Notes under the pieces: generated by a model
What the model saw: only the letters and a program-made list of their open reading frames with translations
Told to the model about the DNA's origin: nothing
The model's database searches: none
Assembly: GCF_009914755.1 (NCBI RefSeq)
Contig: NC_060927.1
Source of the DNA: the human T2T-CHM13v2.0 reference genome, Homo sapiens
DNA: 64,000 bases
Direction: 5' to 3' (one strand)
Position numbers and translations under genes: made by a program
Shown: positions 1 through 19,152 of the stretch, in pieces
Layout of the letters: each line of letters starts with the position of its first letter
How positions within the stretch are numbered: the stretch's first letter is position 1

Positions 1-348
<348 letters not shown>

Positions 349-438
349 CTATGAGGAGAGTGGGTGGTGGTTAATGTTATAGGCTAGTTTCTAAATTATA
401 CAAAATCCAGTTGGGATTCTAATTAAAAGAGGCATTAA

Positions 439-697
<259 letters not shown>

Positions 698-824
698 GAG
701 AGCATTTTCTTTTGTACAAAGGATAGCTGCATCACGTTGGGTGGAAACAGGAAGCTGCTGCTGGTGTATGGAAATTTACATATGATTGAAGGGTGGATCT
801 GGATGCTCAGTCACCACAGGGAGG

Positions 825-1774
<950 letters not shown>

Positions 1775-1794
1775 AACTTAATGACTTTTTAATC

Positions 1795-2641
<847 letters not shown>

Positions 2642-2659
2642 TGACTTTAAATGACAATG

Positions 2660-3085
2660 ATCATTTTCTTATTCTCCCTCACACTTCCAAAAGCTGACTG
2701 GGCTTGGCTAGGCAGGTCCTGCTTGGGCTCTCTTGTTCTGTCATAGTCACAGTGGCTGGGGCTGGAGTTAAAGGCTTGCTCACTCACTTGTCTGGCAATT
2801 GATGTTGGACATCAGCCAGAACACCTCCATGTGGCCTCTCCCAGTGGCTTGGGCACCCTCACAACATGGCGGCTGGGTTGCAAGCCAAGTGTCCTGAGAG
2901 AGAGCCGGAAGGAAGCTGTGTCACCTTTTAGGACCTAGCCTTGGAAGTCATAGAGCATCTCATCTGTTATATTCTACCTGTTAGAAGCAAGTCACTAAGG
3001 CCCACCGACATTCAAGGAGGGAAAATGAATGCTACTGCTAGGAGGTGGGCCAAAGAATTTGTGAACATATTTTGAAACCGCTACA
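2660..3085 (-). mobile_element. MLT1-family MaLR LTR
   Basis: Typical motifs (ctcacaacatggcggctggg, cctagccttggaagtca); ends aaaccgctaca. Confidence 0.75.
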
Positions 3086-4067
3086 GGGAGCGTCTCCAGC
3101 AACACAGCAGCAGGTGTGGGCTTGTAAGTTCCAGTCCAGGGATGTTAGCAGCGTCCTGATGTGCAGATTCTCTCCACGTCATCCCTTCTTCCTCCTCCAG
3201 GATACCCCTTCTTTTTTGTTTCCCAGCCTCCCAACATCTTTCTAACAAATTCCCTATATTAAATTCCTTCTATTTGATATACTTAGGGTTGTTTCCATTT
3301 TCTTGACTAGACTGACTAATATATGAGGGACTATCCCATGCCATCTAAACTCACCATCTGAACTGGATAGCAGAGATACTATCATGATGTGCCAAGAACC
3401 ACGTTAGGTAATTTACGTTATGTCATTTAATTCTAACACCAAACCTGACAGATGGGTATAAGAATACCTACATCATAGATATAGAAACTAAGGTTCAGAA
3501 GGGTTAAGCAACTTGACCAAGGACACAGCTGGAAAGAGTTGAGAACCAACTCCAGGTGTGACACCAAAGTACATTTATTTCTTGAGCCTTCTGGAATGAG
3601 AAGAGCTACTTACTCCCGAAGAGTTCCACTTCCCTCAGAGAAAGTCTTACCTCTCCTCCTTATATGGCTTTTTGATGAATCACCTTAGATTGAGGAAAAG
3701 GAAGAATACATCTGGGGCAGTGGAACACAAAGACACAAGTGTTCATCATTTGTGAAAACTGCAGGCTGTGTGAGAAAAGGCACTACACTGGAGTCTGGAA
3801 GCCAGGGTTCAAGCCCCAGCAATGTTACTCACATATGTTGGGACCCCAGGCAGTCACTTCCTCTCCAGAGGCCTGATTCCATAGCTGGAGAGTGACCCTG
3901 GTGTTCTGTGCTCCAATGAGTATCTAGTTGGTAAAGTATCTACTTTGGGAATATAAAAAGCTCTATCAGATACAGAGGACAGAAGTTAAAGTAAAATAAA
4001 GCCAGATTATAGTGGGTCTTGAATAGGCTGAGGAAAAATTCGTATCGTATAAGCAGTGGAGAATCCA

Positions 4068-4328
4068 TTTTGTCGCCCAGGCTGGAATACAGCGGCACAA
4101 TCACAGATCACTGCAGCCTTGACCTCCTGGGCTCAAGTGGTCCTCCCTCCCAAGTGGCTGGGACCACAGGCATGTGCCACCACATCTAGCTAATTTGAAA
4201 AAAACTTTTTGTAGTGATGTGCTCTCGCTATGTTGCCCAAGCTGCTCTTGAATTCCTGGGCTCAAGCAACTCTCCAGCCTCAGCCTTCCAAAGTGCTGGG
4301 ATTCCAAGCATGAGCCACCATGCCCAGT
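4068..4328 (-). mobile_element. AluJ-like
   Basis: Antisense Alu consensus. Confidence 0.88.
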
Positions 4329-4357
4329 CTATTTTGGGTTCTGAAGGAAAAAACTTA

Positions 4358-4809
<452 letters not shown>

Positions 4810-5259
4810 CTAGGTGTTCTACAGGGGTGAGTGCACAGACCAGCACAACTCGAAGAGGTCTGTAATGTTATTTCCATCTCACAGACAGTGAAACTATTCA
4901 GAGGCTCGATAACTTGCCCAAAATCACATATCTGGTCAGTAGTGGCGATGAGATATAACTCAGTTTGGCTGAATCTGAAGTCTGCACTCTTCACTATGCT
5001 ATGGGTTAGAATGAGCTGAACTCAATAGTAAACAAAAAATAAGTAGACAAGGAATTATTCAAATGTACAAGAGAGCCTACGGGTCTGCACTAGAATACTT
5101 GGCAATGCAAATACAGAGTGTGAGGTGGGACAAAGACGATTTGCAGGAAAAAAAGACAAGCTGAGGTTCAATCAAATAGATTCATATAGCTTGTTAGGTG
5201 GATGAGGTGGGAGGAGGTGGTTGCTTCCCAACAGCTCTTTCTCCTCAATTCCCATTTAA

Positions 5260-5698
5260 GTGTCTACTCCTTCTCTGAAGCCTGTGAGCCTGAGGGGAGG
5301 GAAGTTACCTCTTGGGCTGGGGCTGGTGGCTCAGGCCTGAGCCTATCAGCTTAGTTCCATCCTTTGTCCATTTACTGGCTCTGGGATGGGCATGGCACCC
5401 AATCAGCATCCGTGAAACCAGACAGAGGCTTGCTAGGGGCTGTTGGGAAGGTTTCTTGCTTTTCTAAGAGGCCATCTGAAAGGAGTCTTCTCTGTGGCTC
5501 CCAGTTGTGATTTGGAAGCCCACAGCCCTTGAAGCTGCTGCCAGCAGTCTCATGACAGAGCAAAGCCAGCCTCAGCACGATGCTAACACTGCAGAGGGCA
5601 GAGAGATGGAGAGAAACTGGGGTACATGATTCTGTCCTTTGTTGTTCAAGGCACTCTGCAGTGGGTTTCCTGTTGCCCAAACACGTCCTAACTGTTAC
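5260..5698 (+). mobile_element. LTR16-like ERVL LTR
   Basis: Resemblance to LTR16; ends ...cctaactgttaca. Confidence 0.6.
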
Positions 5699-6205
5699 AA
5701 TAAGGCAGGCTCTGCAAGGTGTCTGTTCCAGGCTCCTAACCCAAAAGTCACTGCCATACACTTTAGTGGAGAACAAAGAAACACACGAAAAGCCTAGATC
5801 CAGGGAAATGTTGACGTGACACTTGCGAGCCCCTGCTGGAAAAAAAACAAGTGAACAGGATGGAGACTAGAGACATAACAAGCCAGGCAGAGAAAGTCAA
5901 GCTTCCACACCCTGTAAGTTTCCTGGGCTACGTGTTCACAGCATACAAGAAATTTGTCATGTCTGACTCTCACGTACCTACAGAATGCAGGACAGGCAAA
6001 GCTATTCTGCAGGACCCACATGACTTTGTACATGGAGAGGGTTCTTTTCTTCTGATGCTAAGCCCTCTAATATATTTGGGTCCCAACTGGATAAATGTCT
6101 GATGCATACATTTAAAAAACCAAGTATTATGCAAACCAGGGTATCTTTGAATTCAAGCAATGGGTCAAAGTAACAAACACTGTTCTGTCAAAAAGGATCA
6201 AACAC

Positions 6206-6211
6206 TTTATT
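6206..6211 (-). terminator. Polyadenylation signal AATAAA of TAMM41
   Basis: tttatt on + strand, about 35 nt after the stop; U/GU-rich sequence further downstream on the minus strand. Confidence 0.85.
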
Positions 6212-6245
6212 CATCTACATATAACATATATAAAAGCAAGCAAAA

Positions 6246-6322
6246 TCAGGATGTTTTCCTCAGCCACCCTTTCCACATTTTGTGCAGTTTTAGTGAACTA
6301 TAAATCACTGACTTCTTCAGGC
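6246..6322 (-). CDS. TAMM41: TAMM41 terminal exon 8, coding part
   Basis: tag|GC CTG AAG AAG; GLKKSVIYSSLKLHKMWKGWLRKTS; TGA at 6248-6246; closes the 1014-nt CDS. Confidence 0.95.
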
Positions 6323-8379
6323 CTAAAAGAGAAAAGATGAGAAAGTAAGAAGATGGAGGCTTGTTGAGTGGATGCTCAGAGTTTCAGTGACATTCTGAGC
6401 AGACTTGTCTTTGGAGGAGGGCAGTGAGGGGCTGACCCGTGGCTCTAGGAGACCAGGGAGCTGAAGGTGATTAAAGGTCACTGTGATCAATGTAGGGGGA
6501 AATGATTCTGATTTCGGCATTTTCCGATTTAGGGCTATGGATGCCAACGGTTCCTAAGTTATTGGGATAAGTGATCCTTTTGAGTTATGAACATATTGGC
6601 AGCCTCTGAATTTAGCTCTTTCAAAAAGGTAGGACAAGGATAAGACTCTGTATGCCACTGGGTCCCCGTTCTCTCAGGCCTAAATTCCAACCCCACCTCA
6701 CTGTCTCTATGTCACTGTGAAAGGCACCTGTCTGACTATGACAAATGCTGTTCCCATCACTTTCTGCCTCGTTGACTTGGAATCCCTGTTTGGATTTCTT
6801 CTCTAGGAAGTGCTTCCCTGGACCCACAGGGTGGCCCCACAGCATCTGTGCTCACTCAACACACTGTGCAGTACGTGTGGGCCGATTCACCCACGCCTCT
6901 GCCTGGACTGGGAGCTTCCTGAGGACAGGGACCTTGCCCTGTTCACCTAGGTGGCCCTGTCACCTAGTACAGGACCCAGAACACAGCAGGTGCTCTGTGA
7001 AAGCTTTTGAAATGACAAGACAAATGTGCCTCATTCGGACAGCTGGCCCCCTAGCACCCCCATCTACTTAGTCAGGAGTGTGTGATGAAACTGGAGAAAG
7101 GCTCTCCGGGGGCTTAGGGGAAAGAAGAAAAAGGGAATAAAATAAATGGGTGTTATTTGTCAGATCTAAGAGTATCCTATCTGTGGATGCGATTATGGAC
7201 TCAACTTCCTTTGTGTTGAGGGTGGGATCATTCAGTTTGTGTTTCAGGGTGTGGCCCAAAGATATGAACAGTCTTTTTCACTGTGAGACACAAACTGTGA
7301 TCTGTGCTATGAGTGTAAAGTGCACACCCCTGGCAGTGCACTTTGGTGAGCATGCCGACAAGGTAACAGGTTTCGCTCTGGACATGCCTAGCACTGGGGT
7401 TTGAGTGATGGCTTGAAAATATCTGGCCCTGTTACCTGTAAACTGCTTAGTCCACTTAGAGTCTTGGAAAAGACCACTGCAGACAGTGGCAGGGGAGCAG
7501 TAAAATCATTAATGAATACTTCCAGACACTCTGGCTTCGTTTGTCTACCAGCTGACTACTTGCAAACCAACATAACCTAGTCAACAAACTCAGAGTTCCT
7601 TTCCCTGCCTCCACCCCTTTTAATTTTCTCCCTGGAGCAACCACTCTGGTAAACCCCACCCACTTCAGCATTGAGACTAGAAGCTTATTATATAAGGTGG
7701 TTTTTAAAATTCCAGCCAGAACCAACCAAAAGACCAAGCTGAATACAGGTAGTTATACATGGAAAGGTTCATATAGCAACCCCAGGGCACTGAGTCACAG
7801 CTAGAGGAGGATGCATGGGCCATGATAATTCCCAGCTCAACTTCAAAAAGCAGTTCCTGGATCTTAAACATTTAAGGTAAATACATAAAGTAGAAGAGTG
7901 TCACCATGTAGCCATTTTTTTTTTTTGTTGCTGCTAGTGGACAGAAATCTCCCTTGACTAAAACATTCTCCCTTTCATGGTTCTGCCAGTGAGACATTTT
8001 CAGAAAGACTGCAGCAGGGAAATCTGTTAGAAAGAGCACTAGAATCGGAGTCAAGAGACCTGGACTCTAGTTCCAGGTGGGCCACAAACTAACAGTGGCC
8101 TTTCCCTGGGCCTCAATTTCCTTATCTGTAAAATGACTGGGTTGGAATAGATGAGGGGTTCTCTAACAAGGGGTCCACAGATTAAGTCTGAGTGTCTGTG
8201 AACTCCCTAACACTGCAGGAAAATCTACTGTGTGTGTGCGTAGGTGCACTTCTGTGCAGGGCGTCCAGAGTTCTAGTCAGATTTTCACAGGGATCCTGGA
8301 CTTGCAAAAGGCTAAGAACCAACAGATCAGAATGAAGAGTCTTTTCTGCCTTAATATTATAATTTCAACAGAGGTGGAG

Positions 8380-9700
<1,321 letters not shown>

Positions 9701-9879
9701 AGAAAATTTAGAATCTTTCATTTATTTGGTCACACATAGAACAAATATTTATTGAGCACCTGTATAAGCAAGACACTGAACTAGTTGCTAGGGATACTGG
9801 TATAGATAACAGCTATGGTCTCTGCCCTCACAGAGTCCACAATCCATAGACTTCTACTTGGTCTACACTAAGCTTACTT

Positions 9880-10175
9880 TCTTCAATTTTTTTATTTTTT
9901 TTTTTTACTCTGTCGCCCAGGTTGGAGTGCAGTGGCATAATCAAAGCTCACTGGAGCCTCGATCTTCTGGGCTCAAGAGATCCTCTCTCCTCATCTTCCT
10001 GAGTAGCTGGGGCTACAGGTACATGCCACCACGCCCGGCTAATTTTATTTTATTTTTGTAGAGATGGGGTCTTGCTTTGTTGCCCAGGCTGGTCTTGAAC
10101 CCTTGGCCTCAAGCCATCCTCCCACCTTAGCCTCCCAAAGTGCTAGGATTACAGGTGTGAGCCTCTGTGCCCAGA
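9880..10175 (-). mobile_element. AluJ-like
   Basis: Antisense Alu; TSD ca(c/t)taagcttact. Confidence 0.9.
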
Positions 10176-11009
10176 TTACATTAAGCTTACTCTTTCTACA
10201 GGAAAGGATGATGATTTAGGAATTCTGCTCACTCCTTCCCCAGTGGATAAAAATGCAACATCTCTTTAGATGCATTCCCTGTAGAGAGATCCTTATTTAC
10301 CTAAAGCTAGTCATTATGAATTCTGGTTAGAATCTAAAGTCAGGATTTTGTTTTAGAAGCATGCAGAAAGCTATGTCACTATATGGCTCCTTAGGTTTCT
10401 CTTCTGATTTCCAGCTTGTTTCACATGACCTACAGCGAAGTTAATACACACGTAAGACTATGAACTCCCCGTGTGATCTTAAAACAGATGGGCTACTGAC
10501 AGACAAACTCTCCAGGAAACAATGTGAGGTAGAAATATGGCTAGGCTGTGAAAGATCTCTACCTTTCCATAATCTTACGTTTCAGACCTTTGATAAAATT
10601 AGTATCCCCAAAACATCCTTCCAGTTCATTTCCAACCATAAGCAGATATACCGACAAAGAAAATCTCTTCTGAGGCAAAAGTACAACTTATTTTAAGAAC
10701 TCACAGGCTTAAGTGATAAGCAAATCAGCAACAGAGCACCAGTGTTCTTCTAATTTAAATATATAGATACCAACAAATGGAAGAAATGCTTCAGTTTTAA
10801 GAAATCAGAAGCAGAGGATAATGACTAATCCATTCTACTGTGTTCCCGGAAAAGGCTGGTAAGGATCAACTGAGGCATGCCTTTTAGGAGCAAGACTGAA
10901 CCTGTCTTGTTAATTTAGTTTAGTTGAATCTTTTGAAGCTAGAGAGGTAAACAGGTATTTGTCCCCAGAGTTAATTCTGATTGACCACAAAGTCAGGTGG
11001 GAAAAAATA

Positions 11010-11430
11010 GGATTTAAAAATTAAACTCATCATCCTCGCCCAACCTCCCCCTCTGCTCAGGGAATGAATGGCTCTACTGCTTCCCAGGCCAAAAACCTGG
11101 GAGTTAGTTCTGACTCCTCCTTCATGTCCCATATCCCTTTAGTCACCAAGACCCAGTCGTTCCCTTCTAAACACGGCAAATCTTTCCTGTCTGAACTGCA
11201 ATGACCTGAGTTCAGGCTGCTGTAACTCCTCAGCTGACTGGCTGTAGCCATATCTATTTGGTCTCCCTCGCAATAGGTTTACTGCCCTTCCATTTGATCT
11301 CTATGCTCTAACTACGGTAGTCTTTCGGCAGTCCTATGGTGACTTCCCTCTGCCCTCAAAAGAAACCCTGAACTCCTTAACATGGCTTTTAAAGTCTTTG
11401 TTTGGCCCCTGCTTATCTCTCCATCTGATC
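11010..11430. mobile_element. L2 fragment
   Basis: L2-like motifs (caggccaaaaacctgggagt, aactccttaacatggc). Confidence 0.6.
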
Positions 11431-12505
11431 ACTAAACTCCCCCATTTCTCATCTACCTATTCCCACACCAGAGTACTCAGACAGTTCCCCTTCTCTCCAC
11501 TCGCGTTAGAAACTTTATAAAAGGCTGCTGCTCGAATATGCAGTTGCTTAGCTGGTCTTTTGTTGCCAGTTTGAGATGTGAGGTCATCTGCTGCTACCAT
11601 GAAAGGAAGAGCAGGCAAATTTTAGGAGGCTAAATAGTCTTTTGGTACTCCTAAGCCAGCTGGCTTCAGTTGCTGATCTGATGAGAATGATGTTATTCTA
11701 CTAGCAGCACAGTCTAAGGGAAATTAAAACGATTTGCTAAATAATCAACTCCCAGGCTAAAGGAAAAGGAAAACAGTGTTTGGTTTTGGAAGCAATTCTC
11801 TAATCACATTTGAACATGAGTGTATGTGATGGTCAGGGAATTTCAAGGGAACTAATAAAGACAAAGCATCAGTGAGACTGCATTGAGGACATACTGCCAT
11901 GTTATCCAACAGTGTTTACTAGGAAGGGCAGTCCTCCGAGCTGGTTATAGATGCCTGGCTTCCATCTTTTGTAGGAGTAGAGTGAAATTTAGATCTACAT
12001 TCATCTAAATTTATAAAGCACCTCTGGATAACACCCTGGACGCTCTCATGTAAGCCTCAGAACACCTTGTGAGTTGGGTATTAGTATTCCCACCACCTCA
12101 CAGAAGAGAGAATAACATACCATAGTCATAGAGTGAAGAAATGAATAATTCAGAACCCCAAAACCCTATCCTCTGACCCCAAGCTTAGCTCCTTCACTAA
12201 GCGGATTCCCGGAATTTAACTGAATTTGACCTTTGTATTGGCTGGCTAAGGGGAAGACCAAATCTTCCTTTTTATCCCATTTATGAGTAGGAGGTTGCAC
12301 AGGGGAGGAGGGGTAATGGCTACAAAAGAATAAAAAGTAAACCAAATATGCTAGGGTTTTCTCATCCTACAGATGACATACGAGCTGGCTGAAAAACTGA
12401 ACAGAGGCAGAACTTGAGAAATTTTGGGGAGAAGGACCTAAAAAAGTAAGGCAGAACAACAACAGCTATGATGACAACAAAAGGACTCATAAAGAACAAG
12501 GTGGA

Positions 12506-14410
12506 TCTCAGCTCAAAAGCTCCTTCAGCTGATAAACAACTTCAGTAAAGTCTCAGGATACAAAAATCAATGTGCAAAAATCACCAGCATTCCAATACAA
12601 CAACAACAGTCAAGCCAAGAGCCAAATTAAGAACGCAACCCCATTCACAACTGCCATAAAAAGGAATACATCTAACCAGGGAGGTGAAAGATCTCTACAA
12701 GGAGAACTACAAAACACTGCTCAAAGAAATCAGAGATGACACAAACAAATGGAAAACTTTCCCATGTTCATAGATAGAAAGAACCAATACTGTTAAAATG
12801 GTCATAGTGCCTAAAGCAATTTATATATTCAAGGCTATTCCTATTAAACTACCAATGACATTCTTCACAGAACTAGAAAAAAACTATTTTAAAATTCATA
12901 TGGAACCAAAAGAGCCCGAATAGCCAAGGCAACACTAAGCAAAAAGAACAAAGCTGGAGGCCTCATGCTACCCGACTTCAAACTATAAATACAGGGCTAC
13001 AGTAACCAAAACAGCATGGTGCTGGTACAAAAACAGACACATAGACCAATGGAACAGAACAGAGAACCCGGAAATAAGGCTGCACACCTACAACTAGCTG
13101 ATCTTTGACAAAGTAGGCAGAAACAAGCAATGGGGAAAGAACTCCCTATTCAATAAATGGTGCTGGGAAAACTGGTTAGCCATATGCTGAAGATCGAAAC
13201 TGGACCCTTCCTCATACCATATACAAAAATTAAGTCAAGATGGATTAAAGACTTAATTGCAAAGCTATAAAAACCCTGGAAGACAACTTAGGCAATACCA
13301 TTCTGGACATAAGAATGGGCAAACATTTCCTGACAAAGATGCCAAAAGCAATTACAACAAAAGCAAAAATTTTAAATGGGATCTAATTAAACTAAAGAGC
13401 TTCTGCGCAGCAAAAGAACAAGACAGTGAAGAACAGAGTGAACAGACAACCTAGGAAATGGGAGAAAATTTTGCAAACTAGGCATCTGACAAAGGCTTTA
13501 TGTCCAGCATCTATAAAGAACCTAAACAAATTTACAAGAAAAAAAACAAACAGCCCCATTACAAAGTGGGCAAAGGACATGAACAGACACTTTTCAAAGG
13601 AAGACATACATGCAGCCAACAATCAAAGGAAAAAAAGCTCAACATGACTGACTGATAATTAGAGGAATGCAAATCAAAATCACAATGAGATTCCATCTCA
13701 CAGCAGTCAGAATGGTTGTCATTAAGTCAAGAAACAACAGAAGCTGGTGAGGTTGTGGAGAAAAAGGAACATTTATACACTGCTGGCAGGGGTGTAAATT
13801 AGTTCAACCACTGTGGAAGACAATGTGCCGATTCCTCAAAAACCTAAAAAGAGAACTGCCATTTGACCCAGCAAGCCTATTACTGGAGTACATACCCAAA
13901 GGAATATAATTCATTATATCACAAGGACACATGCATATGTATACTCATTGCAGCATTATTCACAATAGCAAAGACATGGAATCAACCTAAATGCCCATCA
14001 ATCGTAGACTGCATAAAGAAAACGTGGTACATATACACCATGGAATACTATGCAGCCATAATAAAAAAGAGACCATGTCCTTTGCAGGGATATAGATGGA
14101 GCTGGAGGCCATTATCCTCAGCAAACTAACACAGCAACAGAAAACCAAATGCTGCATATTCTCACTTACAAGTAGGAGTTAAATGATGAGAACACACAGG
14201 ACACATAGAAGGGAACAACAGACACTGGGGCCTACTGATGGGTGAAGGATGGGAGGGGTGAGAGGATCAGGAAAAATAACTAATGGGTTCTAACTAGGCT
14301 TAATAAATAGGTGACAAAATAATCTGTGTAACAAACTTCTATGGCACAAGTTTACCTGCATAACAAACTTGCACATGTACCCCAAACTTAAAATAAAAGT
14401 TAAAAAAAAA
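12506..14410 (+). mobile_element. 5'-truncated L1PA (ORF2 C-terminal half, 3' UTR, poly-A)
   Basis: Degenerate ORF2 peptides ([21 protein letters not shown]); 15-bp TSD aaagaacaaggtgga at 12491-12505 and 14408-14422. Confidence 0.93.
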
Positions 14411-14599
14411 GAACAAGGTGGAGAAGGATAGAGGTTCTGAAACTTACTGTGAGGATGAGGAAAGAGAAACAGGCAAACCAGTCACTCGGTGCCTGTCACT
14501 GTTAGTTTACTCCAGCTGGAGACCTGGGCCAGGGGCTAACACTATTCAAATATGACATTGTAAAGAGGCTTGTTTTAAAGAGAGGTCAGGAAACTTTTA

Positions 14600-15030
<431 letters not shown>

Positions 15031-16621
15031 AATCTTCACAACCTGGTGAGGCAGGCATAATTATTCCTATGAAGTTAAAACTCAGAAAAATTAGGTAACT
15101 TGCCCAAGTCACACTGGTTAGGTTGTAATTTGAGCTCTAGTCTCTGCGGCTCACAAACCTCTGCCCTCGGCACTATGCTAGGAAACCTTTGTCATAGCCC
15201 TTGGCCATAATAAACAGAGCAGCCAGAGCATAAGGCCATTTAACCCACAGAATCTGAAGGGGTGCTCATCACTTTCCATGCTTTATGTCACCTCAGTGTG
15301 AGGTAACATACATTCTGTCACTCTGGACTTCCACAATGCAATGTGGCATCATTAGAAGTGAAGAAAAGGCTGTGCAGGAAGAGAGGTTAAAATGTTTAGA
15401 AAAATTTATTTAAGGAAATAATCAATGAAAGCTTCCCAAGTCTAGCAAGTGTGTCAGATATCCAGATACAAGAGACCCAATGACCCCCAGGTGAATACAC
15501 TGCAAAAAGGACTTCAACATAGCATACTATAATCAGAAGGTCTAAAGTGAAAGTAAAAGAAACAATTTTAAAATAAGCAAGAGAAAAGCATCTAGTCACC
15601 CATAAAGGAAACCTCATCAGACTAACAGTGGACTTTTCAGCAGAAACCTTAAAGGCCAGAAGAGAATGGGATAGCATTTTTAAAGTGCTGAAGGAAAAAA
15701 ACCCTGTCAGCCAAGAATTTTATATCCTGCTAGAATAAGCTTCATAAATGAAAGAGACTAGTCTTTCCTAGACAAATACTAATGGAATCTGTCACCACTA
15801 GACCAGCCCTATAGGAAATGCTCAAAGGAGTCTTAAACATGGAAACAAAACGCTGATATTCACCATCACAAAAATACCCAGAAATATAAAACTCACAGTT
15901 CTTATAAAACAATCTCACAAAAGAGGAAAAGAAAGAAATCAAATTACAGAATTTCATCAAAACACAAGGACAAAAAGAGAAAAAGAAAGAAAACAAAGAA
16001 TTTATAAAATAACTTGAAAATAACCATGTGACAGAAACAAAACCTCACATATCAATATTAACTTTAAATGTAAATGGATTAAATGCTTCATTTAAAAGAT
16101 ACAGACTGGCAGAATGGATTAAAAAAACATAATCCACCTATATGCTACCTACAAGAAACTCACCTTACCTGTGAAGACACAAATAGACTGAAAGTAAAGG
16201 GGTGGAAAAAGATATTCCATCCAAAAAGAAATCAAAAGGAGAACTATATATATGTCAAATAAAACAGACTCTAAATCAAAAACAGTTAAAAAAAAAAAAG
16301 ACTAAGAAGGTCATTATATAATGATAAAGGGATCAGTTCACCAAAAGGGTACAGCAAATCCTAAATATATATGCACCCAACATAGGACCACCCAAATTCA
16401 CAAAACAAATATTACTAGCTCTAAAGAAAGAGATAGATAGCAACACAATAACAGTGGGGGACTTCAACATTCTACTCACAGCACTATACAGACCATCGAG
16501 GCAAAAAATTAACAAAGAAACACTGGACTTTAGACCAAATAGACTTAACAGACATTTACAGAACATTCTTCCCAACATCTACAGAATATATGTTCTTTTC
16601 ATCAGCACATAAAACACTCTT

Positions 16622-16860
16622 CAAGCATGGGCTACATAGGGAGACTTTGTCTCTACAAAAAATAAGATTAAAAATAAATGTAGCCAGGCATGGTGGTATG
16701 TGCCTGTGGTCCCAGCTACTCAGGAGGCTGAGGTGAGAGGACTGCTTAACCTTAGGAGGTCAAGGCTACAGTAAGCCATGATCACACCACTGCACTCCAC
16801 CCTGGGCAACAGAGCAAGACCCTGTCTCAAGAAAGAAAAAAAAAAAAAAAGGAAGAAGAA
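16622..16860 (+). mobile_element. 5'-truncated AluJ-like in L1
   Basis: Alu body and tail. Confidence 0.85.
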
Positions 16861-17079
16861 ACATTCTTAAAGATAGATCACACATCACACATTAGGCTAC
16901 AAAACAAGTCTTAACAAATTTTAAAAAATCAAAATCAAGTATCTTCTCAGACAATAGTAGAATAAAGCTAGAAATCAACATAAGAGGAACTTCAGAAATG
17001 ATACAAGTACATGGAAATTAAACAGCATGCCCCTAAATAATCACTTAATCACTGGGTTAATGAAGATTTTTTTCCCCTG

Positions 17080-17362
17080 AGACCCCTGAGACAGGGTCTT
17101 ACTGTGTCACCCAGGCTGTGGTGCAATCATGGCTCACCGTAGCCTCGAACTCCTTTGGCTCAAGTGAGACTCCTGCCTCAGCCTCCTGAGTAGCTGGGAC
17201 TACAGGCACATACCACCATGCACAGCTGCACAGCTAATTTTTTTGTAGAAATGGGGTTTTTCCACGTTGCCCAGGCTGGTTTCAAACTCCTAGGCTCAAG
17301 CAATCCACCCACCTCAGACTCCCAAAGTGCTGGGATTACAGGCATGAGCCACCATGCCTGAC
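17080..17362 (-). mobile_element. AluJ-like in L1
   Basis: Antisense Alu consensus. Confidence 0.88.
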
Positions 17363-17675
17363 CTTAAAAATTTTTGGAAACAAATAAAAATGAAAACACA
17401 ACATACCAAAGCCTGTGGGATGCAGCAAAAGCAGTGCTAAGAGGGCATTACTAATGTTTACAGCATTACATGTCTACATAAAAAAGTAGGAAGATCACAA
17501 ATTAACAACCTAATGCCATACCTCAAGGCATTGAAAAATATAACGAAAACTATAACAAGAAAAAAAATAACTAAACTCAAAGTTAGCAGAAGAAAAGAAA
17601 TAACAAAGATCAGAGCAGAACTAAATAAAATGGAGACCAAAAAACAATACAAAGTATCAACAAAATGAAAAGTTG

Positions 17676-17972
17676 GGACTAGGTGCAGTGGCTCATGCCT
17701 GTAATCCCTGCACTTTGGGAGGCTGAGGCTGGCGGATCGAGATTCTAGGAGTTCAAGACCAGCCAGGGCAATGTGGCAAAATCTCACCTTGACAAAAAAT
17801 ACAAAAGTTAGCCAGGCATGGTAGTGTGCACTGTAGTCCCACCTACTTGAAAGGCTGAGGTGGGAGGATTGCTTAAGCCTGGGAGGCAAATATTCTAGTA
17901 AGCCATGATTGTGCCACTGCACCGTGTAGCCTGAGTGATAGAGCCAGACCCTGACTCAAAAAACAAAAAAGA
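17676..17972 (+). mobile_element. AluJ-like in L1
   Basis: TSD gaaa(a)gttgg. Confidence 0.88.
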
Positions 17973-18645
17973 AAAGTTGGTTCTTTGAAAGATACACAAA
18001 ATTGATAAACCACTAGCTAAGACTAAGAAGACAAGAGAGATACAAATAAACAAGATACAAGACAAGAAGAGATACAAATAAACACAATCAGAAATGAAAA
18101 AGGAGACATTACAACTGATACCACAGACATACAGAAGATCATCAGAGACTATTATAAACAACTAGATGTCCGCAAACTAGAAAACCCAGAGGAAACTGAT
18201 AAATTCATGGAAACATAATCTTCAAGATTGAACCAGGAAGAAACAGAGTATCTGAAAAGATCAGTAATGTAGTAGCAAGACTGAATCACTAATAAAAATC
18301 TCCCAAGAACAAAAAGAAGCCCAGGACCTGATGGAGTCACAGCTGAACTCTACCAAACACAGAAAGAATGAATACCAATCCTTCTGAAACTATTCTAAAA
18401 AGATCAAGGAGGGAATTCTCCCTAACTCATTCTATGAGGCCGCTATCACCTTGGTACCAAACAGACAAGGACACAACACCACCAAAAAAGAAAATTATAG
18501 ACCAATATCCCTGATGAACACAGACACAAAAATCCTCAACAAAATACTAGCAAATTAAATCCAACAGCACATCAAAAAGAGAATACATTATGATCAGGTG
18601 GGATTTATCCCAGGGATGCAAGGATGGTTCAATATATACAAATCA

Positions 18646-19152
<507 letters not shown>

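Noticed and set aside
13257-14129. ORFs resembling L1 ORF2p
   Set aside because: Frameshifted fragments of a 5'-truncated, inactive L1PA
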